Assembly: GCA_964422585.1 (NCBI GenBank)
Contig: CAYRBH010000002.1
Span: 13,428 to 77,427, forward strand
Direction: 5' to 3'
Source of the DNA: an uncultured Gammaproteobacteria bacterium
GTDB lineage: Bacteria; Patescibacteriota; Patescibacteriia; UBA1558; 2-01-FULL-52-15
DNA: 64,000 nt
Shown here piece by piece: positions 28,770-39,008 of this stretch. Under the pieces are notes generated by a model. That model had not been told where the DNA came from. It was given only the letters and a program-made list of their open reading frames with translations, and did not search any database. Each line of letters begins with the position of its first letter. Position 1 is the stretch's first letter. Position numbers and translations under genes: made by a program.

Positions 28770-29330
28770 ATGTCTAGGAGTATCGGTGTAGATGAAGTTG
28801 GGAGAGGAGCGCTGGCCGGCCCACTTATTGCCTGCGCGGCGCGCATTGTCAATGAGAGACGATTTCCTTTCAAGCGGGTGAAAGATTCAAAGCTGTTAAC
28901 TGATAGCGAGCGCCGCGCTCTTATGCCGTTATTGCAGACGTCCTGCGCATGGTCCTATGGTATCGTAAGTAATAATGTGATCGATCGTAGTGGTATTCAA
29001 GCGGCGAATGTATTGGCTTTCGATCTGGCATTGCTCGCTTTTCCTCGGTCATCACGCGTCCGAGCAGACCATGTTGGCGGCTTCGAGCAGTATACCAGTC
29101 CCCCGCGGAACATAGAGTTCCATACGCACGGCGAATCTAAATTCCCTGAAATAGCGGCAGCTTCAATACTCGCGAAAGTGTATAGAGATGATATGATGAT
29201 CGCGTTCGGCGCTAGGTATCCTCAGTATGGATTCGCTCAGCATAAGGGCTATGGCACCGAAGCGCATCGCGCAGCGATACAGCAGTACGGCCCACTATTT
29301 CTTCATCGTATAACATTCATATCTCTATGA
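28770..29330 (+). CDS. rnhB: Ribonuclease HII
   Basis: GVDEVGRGALAGPL motif at the N-terminus. 186 aa. Confidence 0.8.
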   Translation: MSRSIGVDEVGRGALAGPLIACAARIVNERRFPFKRVKDSKLLTDSERRALMPLLQTSCAWSYGIVSNNVIDRSGIQAANVLAFDLALLAFPRSSRVRADHVGGFEQYTSPPRNIEFHTHGESKFPEIAAASILAKVYRDDMMIAFGARYPQYGFAQHKGYGTEAHRAAIQQYGPLFLHRITFISL

Positions 29331-31039
29331 AGCGAGCTTCTCGCACGACCTACCTGCTTATGGCTGTTCTAGTAGCTGGCGCCTTTCTTCGTCTCTATGC
29401 GTTGAGCAGAGGAGATGCTATTTCCGATGAGGTGCTCTATGGCTTCCGCGCCATCGGTATGCTAGATTTTGATTTTGCTGTAGCGCAGCCAACGACACTG
29501 CAGCTGTTCAATGCTGCGGCACCATGGTGGGTTCATCTCTCCTTCCATGATCATCCGCTGCTCGTCTTCCTCGTCCAGCATGTCTCCATGGGACTTGTTG
29601 GCGTGAATCTTTGGGGACTTCGTCTGCCCTCATCCTTTTTCGGCATCGCTTCTATAGCACTGGTGTATTTGATAGCGAAGAAATTATTTTCAGAGAAAGC
29701 AGGGCTCATCGCGGCAGCGCTCATGGCTTCGAATGTGCTCATGGTCTACGTGGCACGTGTCGCAGTACAAGAATCACAAGTCATTTTTTTCATGTTGCTG
29801 AGCGTCTATTGTTTCTTACAAGCCCAAGATGAGAGGCGGTGGTATATAGCTTGTGGCATAGCATTCGGGTTAGGACTTCTTTCGAAATATACAGTCGGGT
29901 TCATCGCCGTGCCGCTGTGTATCTATCTGGTGCTCTATCAACGGAGCGTCTTTCGAAGCATGTGGCTGTATCTTGGATTGTTCTGCGCCTTCGTGCTATC
30001 TCTCCCTTTTGTTGTCTACAATATATTTTTGTATCGGACATTCGGGCATTTCGATTTTCAGCTATTTTATATCTTTGGGCAGCATGTGCCATATTGGACA
30101 GTGACACCTGGTAAAGATATCGGTAGCCTCGCTGATCGCATCGCTGGCATACCAGTAAATCTTTGGCAGTATGGCTCATGGCTTTTCATTTCGGTCGCAG
30201 CGGGTGCTCTGCTCTGGTGTCTCGCGCGAGTTGTCAGTGTTCAGTCAGAACAGAAACGCTCCCTGGTATTGTTGAACAGTAGTATAGTAGTGAACCTTAT
30301 ATTGTATCTAGCCATTGGCCCGTCCCCGCGTTTTCTGACTATGCTTATCCCCTGGTTATGTATTGCGATAAGTTACCTACTCAGCGCCGTACTCGATGTT
30401 CCAATAGTTCAAAAAGCATCTTATGCAGCTCTGGTCATATTGTTTCTGTTCTTCGGCTGGGAATATGCCTATGCCTATAATTCAGCCATACCGTATCAAC
30501 CGATCGGCCAAGAGGTGCTCAGCTATTCACGCATTCATTGGGATATGCACGCCTGGGGCTACAATGATCTCGATGAGTGGTTGAGCGAGACTATTCGTGG
30601 CAAGTATCCGAAACTGACTATTCCGTATACCTACCCATTTCTTGAGGATGTGAAGAGCAAGGCTCTCACAGCGGCGCAGGCTGCAGGCGAAAGTCCTGCA
30701 GCGTATCTGTTTGTCTATAATGACAATATGTCGAATCTTGCCTCGCTCTGGGTATTGAATAGGCAGGCGTTGTATGCGGCGTGGCCTATCATTACCGCTG
30801 AAAAATATTTGACGACTTTGAAACAAGAGGGCCAGGAGTATTATGTGAAGAATGGTTTCACGGATCTGTATTTCATACAGAATACTGATGCAGTATTGCC
30901 GAATATGCCGGATCGAATTACCGGGTATGGCGAAGCGCTCGAGCTGCAGATGCGCAATAATGGTATACAGCCGATTAGCATCAAAAATCATGCGGGCACA
31001 GAAGCGTTTCGCGTCTATCATGCGTCCGTCACTAACTAG
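29327..31039 (+). CDS. GT-C-fold glycosyltransferase (PMT/ArnT family)
   Basis: Loop-1 DE motif (GDAISDEVLYGFRA) after the first TM segment. Polytopic N-terminal half plus a soluble C-terminal domain. 570 aa. Confidence 0.65.
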   Translation: MKRASRTTYLLMAVLVAGAFLRLYALSRGDAISDEVLYGFRAIGMLDFDFAVAQPTTLQLFNAAAPWWVHLSFHDHPLLVFLVQHVSMGLVGVNLWGLRLPSSFFGIASIALVYLIAKKLFSEKAGLIAAALMASNVLMVYVARVAVQESQVIFFMLLSVYCFLQAQDERRWYIACGIAFGLGLLSKYTVGFIAVPLCIYLVLYQRSVFRSMWLYLGLFCAFVLSLPFVVYNIFLYRTFGHFDFQLFYIFGQHVPYWTVTPGKDIGSLADRIAGIPVNLWQYGSWLFISVAAGALLWCLARVVSVQSEQKRSLVLLNSSIVVNLILYLAIGPSPRFLTMLIPWLCIAISYLLSAVLDVPIVQKASYAALVILFLFFGWEYAYAYNSAIPYQPIGQEVLSYSRIHWDMHAWGYNDLDEWLSETIRGKYPKLTIPYTYPFLEDVKSKALTAAQAAGESPAAYLFVYNDNMSNLASLWVLNRQALYAAWPIITAEKYLTTLKQEGQEYYVKNGFTDLYFIQNTDAVLPNMPDRITGYGEALELQMRNNGIQPISIKNHAGTEAFRVYHASVTN

Positions 31040-31073
31040 TCCTAGCAGGGTCAAATAGTGTATACTATGCTAT

Positions 31074-31637
31074 ATGGCTACCACCATCGTTTCAGGAGGG
31101 AATGAGCTGCTCAATCCTATCGCAATACTGAAAGACCATTTAGGCATACGACCGAATCAGATCGTTGCTGATTTTGGTTGTGGCGGAGCCGGTTTTTTTG
31201 TATTGGCTTCAGCACGTCTCGTCGGTGAGCATGGTCAGGTCTATGCTGTCGATATCGTGAAGAATGTGCTTTCTAGTGTTGATGGTAAAGCAAAGCTGCA
31301 GGGGTTGTATAATGTAAAAACAGTATGGAGCGATCTGGAGATCTATGGTGCTATGACCATTCCTGAACAAAGCCTGGACCATGGTCTTCTCGTGAACACG
31401 TTATTTCAATCGAAGAAGCACGCGGATATTTTGAAAGAAGTAACTCGTTTGATAAAGCCGGGTGGTAAATTGCTGATCGTGGACTGGAATGATGTATCGG
31501 TATCATTCGGACCACCTGCGGCCGATAGGGTACGTCCTGAGTATCTGCGTGAGGTCGTGCCGCCGCTCGGGTATATGGAGGAGAAGTTTTTCCAAGCCGG
31601 TCAGTATCATTTTGGCATCGTTTTTACAAGGATTTAG
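31074..31637 (+). CDS. Class I SAM-dependent methyltransferase
   Basis: Motif I VADFGCGGAGFF and motif post-I VYAVDI. 187 aa. Confidence 0.65.
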   Translation: MATTIVSGGNELLNPIAILKDHLGIRPNQIVADFGCGGAGFFVLASARLVGEHGQVYAVDIVKNVLSSVDGKAKLQGLYNVKTVWSDLEIYGAMTIPEQSLDHGLLVNTLFQSKKHADILKEVTRLIKPGGKLLIVDWNDVSVSFGPPAADRVRPEYLREVVPPLGYMEEKFFQAGQYHFGIVFTRI

Positions 31638-31651
31638 CCTTACGCTCACCA

Positions 31652-31678
31652 TAAAAAAATCCCGCGGGGATTTTTTAA
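31652..31678. terminator. Bidirectional terminator-like hairpin flanked by A and T runs
   Basis: AAAAAAATCCC gcg GGGATTTTTT. Confidence 0.5.
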
Positions 31679-31882
31679 TAAAAGTAGCGGGCCCCCCACG
31701 TACGGAAATTCGTGAGGGGCCCTTGGTGTGGCGGTAGGCGACCGCCGGCGCAACAGGAGGGGGAGCGGATCAGACGACGACGTATCGAGCTGACTACAAG
31801 ATCATTGTAGATCGGGGGTATAGTTTTTGTCAAAGGGATATCGTTGACTTTTGTCGGCCAATAGGATTAAATACCCTCTGTT

Positions 31883-32290
31883 ATGAATAAACTGTTTGAT
31901 CTCAATTATCTTTTCTCAGTGCAGCCGGGCAGTTACAATAGTGTTTTTTGGCAGCCGGTAATGATGGTGTCGATGGCTGCTATTATCTTTAGCATGGTGG
32001 CTTTCTTCATATCTCGCAGATATCCTCATGATGGTTTACGCCGACATCTTTGGCAGCGATATATGGCATGGGGCCTTACCTTTGGTCTAGTATCCTTGAT
32101 CCTTGCTTTTTTCCGTCTGCAGAATGCCTATCTCCTGAGCATGCGTGCGCTGATATTCGTGTGGGTCGCACTTTCCGCTCTGTGGATCCTGCGCATCGCA
32201 GTATTCCATATGTGGAAGTATCCGAAGAGGCTGCGCGCCAGGGATGAGAAGGCCTTCTTCGAGCAGTATTTGCCGCATAAGAAGAAATAG
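31883..32290 (+). CDS. Hypothetical membrane protein
   Basis: 135 aa with 3-4 TM segments. A TTGACT -35 element lies upstream. Confidence 0.4.
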   Translation: MNKLFDLNYLFSVQPGSYNSVFWQPVMMVSMAAIIFSMVAFFISRRYPHDGLRRHLWQRYMAWGLTFGLVSLILAFFRLQNAYLLSMRALIFVWVALSALWILRIAVFHMWKYPKRLRARDEKAFFEQYLPHKKK

Positions 32291-32302
32291 TTTCAAGCAG
32301 CT

Positions 32303-32692
32303 TTGAGAACAGGGCATTACTTTTGGTACTGTCTTTTTGTGAAAACTGCACAACAACGTTTAGGTGCCTGGGGCGAGGATCTGGTGGCGAAGCACTACAG
32401 AAGATCGGGTTATAGCATTGTTGCCAGGAATGTCAGATATTCCTCCGGGGAACTGGACCTTATTTGTTCGAAGGATGGCGTACTCTATAGTATTGAAGTA
32501 AAGACACGACGATCATTGACTTTCGGATTTCCTGAAGAATCCATTAGCCACACAAAACAGGCTCGGTTGATGAGGTTAACGGCGGCTTTTCTCGAATCGC
32601 GCAAGGAAAGCTATAGGGCGATCCGGATCCAAGTCTGTGCTGTTGTCGTTACGGAGCAGCGGGTTATGCTCAAGATATACACGATTTCATAA
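32303..32692 (+). CDS. yraN: YraN-family (UPF0102) endonuclease-like protein
   Basis: GxxGE...GYxIxxRN...GEIDLI...EVK core motifs. The true start may be the GTG at 32339. Confidence 0.6.
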   Translation: MRTGHYFWYCLFVKTAQQRLGAWGEDLVAKHYRRSGYSIVARNVRYSSGELDLICSKDGVLYSIEVKTRRSLTFGFPEESISHTKQARLMRLTAAFLESRKESYRAIRIQVCAVVVTEQRVMLKIYTIS

Positions 32693-32750
32693 GGAAGTAC
32701 CCGCTCATTGTCCACTCGGTATGCACAAAGTATTCGTTGACGCTTAGTAG

Positions 32751-33518
32751 TTGGGAGGGTTTAATGCGACTATATCTATGCGTATTCCCCGGCTACGTTT
32801 TTTGTCCTGCATATCTATTGGAGGGTGTGCCCTCCTTTTTTTGTTATCTGCGCATCCGGTATTCGCGCGTGAGCGCCCCTGCGGAAATCCATTCGATTGC
32901 CTTGTGCCTGCGCCGACACTCATCCAGCCGACTTTTGAAAAAAGATTCTATTCGCCCCGGTCGGTGCTCATCACTGGCTTAAGTTGGAATCAAACCAAAG
33001 TGGATGTGTATATTGACGGTGTGTATAACGGACGCGCTACACTCCGTACTGATCCGAGCGACATAGGCAATTTTTTCTATAGGCCGTTCTTGCCGTTGAC
33101 ACCCGGGACGCACAGTGTCTATACGGTCGCTCGTAATCTCAGCGAAAAGGAGAGGAGCCCAGAGTCTCCTGAAGTTAGTTTTGTCGTACCAGCGCCCAAG
33201 CCAGCAACGGTGCTGTTGCCTGAGGGCACACGGCCCAAAGTAAGCTCGATCTCGACTACTACTGAGCCTGAGGCTGTGAACAATCAGAATGCAAATTCGG
33301 TACTTGATTGGTTTTTCAATAAACAGAATAATCCGCTTGCTACTACCGCATCGAGCACGATGCCATTCTTCGGCACTGATTTAGGCCGTGAGCTTATGGT
33401 TCTGCTAGGTATAGCAGGGCTAAGCTATGCAGGGTTCTATTTCTTCAAGCCGCGCTATGAAGAGCCATTACCCTATGACGAGGAGAAGAAGGATCAGGGG
33501 CCGCCGGATGGCTCATGA
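32751..33518 (+). CDS. Hypothetical secreted protein with C-terminal TM anchor
   Basis: N-terminal signal/TM segment. C-terminal hydrophobic segment followed by an acidic tail. Confidence 0.4.
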   Translation: MGGFNATISMRIPRLRFLSCISIGGCALLFLLSAHPVFARERPCGNPFDCLVPAPTLIQPTFEKRFYSPRSVLITGLSWNQTKVDVYIDGVYNGRATLRTDPSDIGNFFYRPFLPLTPGTHSVYTVARNLSEKERSPESPEVSFVVPAPKPATVLLPEGTRPKVSSISTTTEPEAVNNQNANSVLDWFFNKQNNPLATTASSTMPFFGTDLGRELMVLLGIAGLSYAGFYFFKPRYEEPLPYDEEKKDQGPPDGS

Positions 33519-33654
33519 TTATTTAGAAATGTAGAAGCTCCCGGGCGCTGAGGCAGACGGGGCTAGGTTTCTTGCTTTTTCCAGAAAAAACCGCTATAGT
33601 GCCAGTACGCTAGTTTATTTAAAACTAGCGCTTTTTATTGACTAAGAGTCGTCT

Positions 33655-34857
33655 ATGGCAGATAGTAATGAGATAATTCAAGCGATACGCCAAGTCTGTG
33701 ATGAGAAAAACATCTCTATAGATTCGGTTATCACAACGATCGAGGCAGCTTTGGCAGCCGCCTATCGTAAAGATTTCGGTGATAAGAGCCAGAATATCGT
33801 AGTTGAGTTCGACGCCGAGAATGGCGGTTCGAAGGTCTATGATGTGAAAACCGTTGTGCCTGATATAGATCTGGAAGAGTTAGAAAAGCAATTGGAAGAG
33901 CAGAAAGTTCGTAAAGAAGCCGGCGAAGAGATTCCGGAGGATCAGGAAGTGAAGCGTTTCAATCCGAAGAGCGAGATCATGCTCACTGACGCAAAGGCAA
34001 TCAAGAAAACCGTCGAAGTAGGTGATCAGATGAAGACGCGTCTCACCGTACCAGCAGAGTATGGCCGTATGGCAGCACAAACTGCGAAGCAGGTCATCAT
34101 TCAGCGCTTACGAGAAGCTGAGCGTGAGAAGATTTTCAATGAGTATAAGGACCGTGAAGGCGAAGTGCTCGTCGCGACTGTGCAGCGCCAAGAAGGGTAT
34201 ATGGTACTGTTCGACATCGGTCAGGCAACGGCCGTGATGCCGCCTGAACAGCAGGTGCGCAAAGAGCACTATGAATCAGGTCGCCGCATGAAAGTGTTGT
34301 TGCTCAATGTTGGCATGACTGCGAAAGGACCTCAAATAATCGTTTCGCGTTCGTCTGAGCAATTGGTAGCGAAACTTTTCGCGCATGAAGTGCCTGAGAT
34401 CAGTTCGGGCTTGGTCACCATCAAGGCCATTGCTCGTGAAGCGGGCGAGCGGACGAAGATAGCGGTTGCTTCAGAAGAGGCGAATATCGATCCGGTCGGT
34501 TCCTGCGTCGGACAGCGTGGCACTCGCGTGCAGACCGTCATTCAGGAATTGAGCGGCGAGAAGATTGATATCGTGGAATGGAGTGACAGCATCGAAACGT
34601 TGATAGAGAACGCTATTGCGCCAGCGAAGGTTATGAGTGTGACCGTGCATCAAGAGCAGAAGGCGGCTATTATCAAAGTGAAAGAGGATCAGCTGTCCCT
34701 CGCGATCGGTCGTGGCGGACAGAATGTGCGTCTTGCTTCGAAGATGGTTGGCATGCGTATCGATATAGCGAAAGAAGACGGCACGATACAAGCTGATGAA
34801 GTTGCTACTGAGGGCGAAACGCCAGCAGCCGCAGCGGCAACTGAAACTAATGAATAA
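33655..34857 (+). CDS. nusA: Transcription termination/antitermination factor NusA
   Basis: S1 and tandem KH domains (GSCVGQRGTRVQ...IDIVEWS). 400 aa. Confidence 0.9.
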   Translation: MADSNEIIQAIRQVCDEKNISIDSVITTIEAALAAAYRKDFGDKSQNIVVEFDAENGGSKVYDVKTVVPDIDLEELEKQLEEQKVRKEAGEEIPEDQEVKRFNPKSEIMLTDAKAIKKTVEVGDQMKTRLTVPAEYGRMAAQTAKQVIIQRLREAEREKIFNEYKDREGEVLVATVQRQEGYMVLFDIGQATAVMPPEQQVRKEHYESGRRMKVLLLNVGMTAKGPQIIVSRSSEQLVAKLFAHEVPEISSGLVTIKAIAREAGERTKIAVASEEANIDPVGSCVGQRGTRVQTVIQELSGEKIDIVEWSDSIETLIENAIAPAKVMSVTVHQEQKAAIIKVKEDQLSLAIGRGGQNVRLASKMVGMRIDIAKEDGTIQADEVATEGETPAAAAATETNE

Positions 34858-34885
34858 TTTTTTACTAGTGTACTAACTAAAGACT

Positions 34886-36934
34886 ATGACACCACAACTC
34901 ACCATGGTAGTTCTTATGTCGCTCGCTGCAGCTGCGATTGCTATTATTTACGGTTTATTCTTGGCGCAGATGATTTTCAAGAAATCTGCCGGTAATGAAC
35001 GCATGCAGGAAATCGCGAAAGCGATACAGCAGGGAGCAAAAGCGTATCTGAAACGCCAGTATACTACGATCGCGTATATCGCCGCGCCGCTTTTCCTGAT
35101 CGTTGGATTTGCTATCAGCTGGGGTACCGCAATAGCGTTCTTGATTGGCGCGGCGCTATCAGCTGCAGCGGGTATCATCGGTATGAATGTCTCGGTTCGT
35201 GCCAATGTGCGTACGGCTGAGGCTGCTCGCTCAGGCCTTGCCGCGGCGCTCGATGTCGCGGTCAAAGGCGGCGCCGTAACCGGTTTTCTCGTCGCCGGCT
35301 TGGCACTTTTTGGAGTGACAGGATTGTATTTTCTAAACCCGGTGTTTTTCTCCCCGAAAGTACTGGTCGGTCTCTCATTCGGCGGTAGCTTGATCTCGGT
35401 TTTTGCGCGTTTGGGTGGTGGTATTTTCACCAAGGCTGCTGATGTCGGTGCTGATCTGGTGGGTAAAGTAGAAGCAAATATTCCGGAAGATGATCCACGG
35501 AATCCGGCGGTCATTGCGGATAATGTGGGTGACAATGTGGGTGACTGCGCGGGTATGGCGGCTGACCTCTTCGAGACCTATGCGGTCACGTCGGTCGCGG
35601 CCATGCTGCTCGCGTTCCTGACATTCAAAGATAATACGAACGCGGTTATTTTCCCGCTCGTCATTGGCGCGGTCGGCATCATTGCTTCGATCATTGGGTT
35701 GTTCTTCGTACGATTGGGCGCCAAAAAGAATATTATGAATGCGCTGTACAAAGGATTGATCGCGTCGGGCATTATCTCGGCGGCGCTCTTGTATCCTGCT
35801 ACGAAGTATTTGATGACTGATCTGAAGACGATCAGCGCCTCGAACATTTATTTTTCCGCGCTCGTCGGTCTGATTGTTACTGGTCTTATGGTCGTGATTA
35901 CTGAGTATTATACTTCCACGAAATACAGCCCAGTTAAATCTATCGCGAAGGCTTCGACAACCGGACATGGAACCAATGTTATCGCAGGCCTTGCGGTCAG
36001 TATGAAAGCAACGGCATTGCCGGTACTGACGATCGTCCTCGGTATCTTCGTCAGTTTTTCATTCGCGGGGATCTACGGCGTCGCAGTCGCCGCGATGAGT
36101 ATGTTGTCGCTTGCCGGCATGATCGTCACGATCGACGCGTATGGTCCTATCACGGATAACGCTGGTGGTATCGCAGAGATGAGCGAGATGGATAAGCAGG
36201 TCCGCGATGAGGTTACTGATCCGCTCGACGCGGTCGGTAATACGACCAAGGCGGTCACCAAGGGCTATGCGATCGGTTCAGCGGGTCTCGCGACCCTGGT
36301 GCTCTTCAATGCCTATATCATCGAATTGCAGGATAGGAATATCTCGACGAATTTCCTGTTAAGCGACCATTTGGTCCTGATAGGATTATTCGTCGGAGGA
36401 TTATTGCCGTTCATATTCAGCGCGCTTTCTATGGAAGCAGTCGGTAAGGTCGCAGGCTTGGTCGTCGAAGATGTGCGCAAACAATTCAAGGACAAGCCGG
36501 GCATCATGCAAGGAACGGAGAAACCTGATTATTCTAGTACGGTAGACATTGTTACCAAGGGCGCTATCAAGCAGATGATCGTTCCAGCGCTGATCCCCGT
36601 TCTGGTGCCGGTCATCATTGCTCTGCTGTTCTCATTCGCGCCTGATGGCAGAAATACCATCGCTCTGGTGTTGGGCGGAGCATTGATCGGTAGTATCGTG
36701 ACCGGATTATTCCTCGCGGTGTCTATGACGTCTGGCGGCGGCGCTTGGGATAATGCGAAGAAGTATATTGAGCAAGGAAATTTCGGCGGTAAAGGATCTG
36801 ATGCGCATAAAGCTGCTGTGACCGGCGATACGGTCGGTGATCCCTATAAGGACACTGCGGGCCCTGCTATCAACCCGATGATCAAAATTTTGAACATCGT
36901 AGCGCTGCTCCTTATCTACATCATCTTCAAATAA
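34886..36934 (+). CDS. hppA: Membrane-bound proton-translocating pyrophosphatase
   Basis: Signature [14 protein letters not shown]. 682 aa, polytopic. Confidence 0.9.
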   Translation: MTPQLTMVVLMSLAAAAIAIIYGLFLAQMIFKKSAGNERMQEIAKAIQQGAKAYLKRQYTTIAYIAAPLFLIVGFAISWGTAIAFLIGAALSAAAGIIGMNVSVRANVRTAEAARSGLAAALDVAVKGGAVTGFLVAGLALFGVTGLYFLNPVFFSPKVLVGLSFGGSLISVFARLGGGIFTKAADVGADLVGKVEANIPEDDPRNPAVIADNVGDNVGDCAGMAADLFETYAVTSVAAMLLAFLTFKDNTNAVIFPLVIGAVGIIASIIGLFFVRLGAKKNIMNALYKGLIASGIISAALLYPATKYLMTDLKTISASNIYFSALVGLIVTGLMVVITEYYTSTKYSPVKSIAKASTTGHGTNVIAGLAVSMKATALPVLTIVLGIFVSFSFAGIYGVAVAAMSMLSLAGMIVTIDAYGPITDNAGGIAEMSEMDKQVRDEVTDPLDAVGNTTKAVTKGYAIGSAGLATLVLFNAYIIELQDRNISTNFLLSDHLVLIGLFVGGLLPFIFSALSMEAVGKVAGLVVEDVRKQFKDKPGIMQGTEKPDYSSTVDIVTKGAIKQMIVPALIPVLVPVIIALLFSFAPDGRNTIALVLGGALIGSIVTGLFLAVSMTSGGGAWDNAKKYIEQGNFGGKGSDAHKAAVTGDTVGDPYKDTAGPAINPMIKILNIVALLLIYIIFK

Positions 36935-38214
36935 TGAAATCCACAGTAAGTGATAAAGTGAAAGGCCAGGTAACCCTGACCATAGAGATCCCTGTCGATG
37001 AGACAGAGGCGTATCTGAAGCGCGCGGCTGATCGGCTTTCACAGAAAACATCTATTCCGGGTTTTCGTCCGGGCAAAGCGCCGGTCAATGTCATCAAACA
37101 GCGCTATGGCGACATGGCTTTGTATGAAGAAGCGCTGCAAGATATCGTGACGCAGACTTTGTGGACTGCTCTCAAGGAACAAAAAATTGATTCGGTGGGG
37201 CAGCCGCAGATTAATGTCGAGAAAATGGCCCCGGGCAATCCCATTGTGTATACGGCGATCGTTTCCGTTTTGCCAGAGGTGAAGCTCAATGAGTGGCAGA
37301 AAGTGCGTGTAGCGAAAAAGGAGATCACCGTCACTGATGCTGAAGTTGAAGAGATGATAGATAATCTACGTGGCATGCAGGCAACGGAAGCATTAGTACA
37401 GCGCGCTGCCCAGAATGGTGATAAAGTAGAAGTGAACTTCGAGGTGAAGCATAATGGCGCGGTTATCGAGGGTGGTACCGGAACGAAGTATCCTTTGATC
37501 CTTGGCAAAGGTTCTATGATCCCGGGTTTCGAAGAAGAGATACTTGGCGCGACAGCAGGCGCTACCAAGGAATTCATGCTGACATTCCCTAATCCATATT
37601 TTCAGGAATCGCTCGCCGGCAAACAGGCGACCTTCAAGGTAGAATTGCTTGGTGTGTATGAACGTAACTTGCCCGAGAAGAATGACGAATGGGCTCGGTC
37701 GATGATGGGCCGATCCTATCCTGAGCTAGCCACTCTCTTGAAAGAAAATCTGAAGAGTGAGAAGGAGCAGAAGGAAAAGAATCGCCTCGAACAAGAGATC
37801 GTCGAAGCTATCGTCAAGGGCGCCACCTTCTCCGACATTCCGGAGAACATGGTACATTCTGAAGTTGAAAAGATGCTCTATGAACTCGAGGATGATGTGA
37901 AACATCGCGGCATGGAGTGGGAGAAGTATTTGTCGAGCATGAAGAAAACCAAGGAGCAGATCGAGAAAGAATTCGAACCGCAGGCGATCCTGCGCGCGAA
38001 AGCTGGACTGGTGTTGCGTATCTTGGCTGATGAGCTGAAGCTGCAGGCGACTGAGCCCGAGATAGAAGCGGAGCTGCTGCAGCAGCGGGATAGTTATGCG
38101 GGGAATGAAGAGGTCCTGAAGAATCTCACGACCAGAGAATTCCGGCGCTATGTAGCAGTGACCTTGACGAATAGGAAAGTGATTGATGTACTGATAGAGA
38201 AACTAGCTAGTTAA
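36934..38214 (+). CDS. tig: Trigger factor
   Basis: N-terminal ribosome-binding region with GFRPGKAP and a central PPIase-like domain. 426 aa. Start overlaps the hppA stop. Confidence 0.9.
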   Translation: MKSTVSDKVKGQVTLTIEIPVDETEAYLKRAADRLSQKTSIPGFRPGKAPVNVIKQRYGDMALYEEALQDIVTQTLWTALKEQKIDSVGQPQINVEKMAPGNPIVYTAIVSVLPEVKLNEWQKVRVAKKEITVTDAEVEEMIDNLRGMQATEALVQRAAQNGDKVEVNFEVKHNGAVIEGGTGTKYPLILGKGSMIPGFEEEILGATAGATKEFMLTFPNPYFQESLAGKQATFKVELLGVYERNLPEKNDEWARSMMGRSYPELATLLKENLKSEKEQKEKNRLEQEIVEAIVKGATFSDIPENMVHSEVEKMLYELEDDVKHRGMEWEKYLSSMKKTKEQIEKEFEPQAILRAKAGLVLRILADELKLQATEPEIEAELLQQRDSYAGNEEVLKNLTTREFRRYVAVTLTNRKVIDVLIEKLAS

Positions 38215-38255
38215 AATACTACCCTCATAGCTGTGGCTGTGTTACTATCCAAGAT

Positions 38256-39008
38256 ATGAATAGAGAGAGACCAGAACACAGTGAAAATGAGCATGAGCCA
38301 AAGCCCTTATTTAGGGCTGTTTTAATGAGGCATGAGGAGACGAACTATAAGGACGAGGGTCATGATTTAACAGATAAAGGCGTTGCTGGTGCTCTAGAAA
38401 CTGGAAAGAAATTGAGGGAAGAAGGATTTTTTTCTGATGATGATCCAGTGTTGCTCCTTCACTCTCCGAAACCGCGCGCAGAGGGCACCTTAGATTTTGT
38501 TGCAGAAGGAGCGCAATTATCCGCTGGCATCAAAAGATCAATAAACGCATTGGGACAAAGTAAATTTGCTGATCGTGATGCGTTTATGGAGCGCGTCAAA
38601 GAGTTGGGCTCTGATCAGGAGTTGATTGCAAAGGACCACTATACTCATGAGATGCATCAAAACCGTCCAGATATCATTGAGCCCCACTCAAAGAAGAAAG
38701 AACGGTTGTATCGTTCTTTGGAGTATCTTATAAGATCAATTCTTTCAGATGTTAATCAAAGCGAGGATTCGACCCCTCAGATTTTAGCGGTTTCACATTT
38801 TGAGGTAGTAACGCACATTGTGAATGATGTTTTTGGTATAGAAAATCTCGGAGCGTATAATGCTCCAGCTTTCGGCGAACAGGTAAAAATTGTTGCATTT
38901 CAAACTGATAACCCTGATATCATTTCATTGAAGGTTTCGTTTCGAGAGTTTGAAAAAGAGGTACTTTTCAATAGAGCAACGCGAGAGATTGAGCAGAGAG
39001 ACAATTAA
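38256..39008 (+). CDS. Histidine phosphatase superfamily (branch 1, PGM-like) protein
   Basis: RHG-type motif (LMRHEETNY). 250 aa. Confidence 0.55.
   Translation: MNRERPEHSENEHEPKPLFRAVLMRHEETNYKDEGHDLTDKGVAGALETGKKLREEGFFSDDDPVLLLHSPKPRAEGTLDFVAEGAQLSAGIKRSINALGQSKFADRDAFMERVKELGSDQELIAKDHYTHEMHQNRPDIIEPHSKKKERLYRSLEYLIRSILSDVNQSEDSTPQILAVSHFEVVTHIVNDVFGIENLGAYNAPAFGEQVKIVAFQTDNPDIISLKVSFREFEKEVLFNRATREIEQRDN

Noticed and set aside
34948-36507. Several 60-200 aa antisense or out-of-frame ORFs inside hppA (and similar ones inside PBP1A, the GC-rich block, purA and guaB)
   Set aside because: They lie fully within strongly supported genes and have Ala/Arg/Pro-rich translations typical of alternative frames of GC-rich or repetitive coding sequence.
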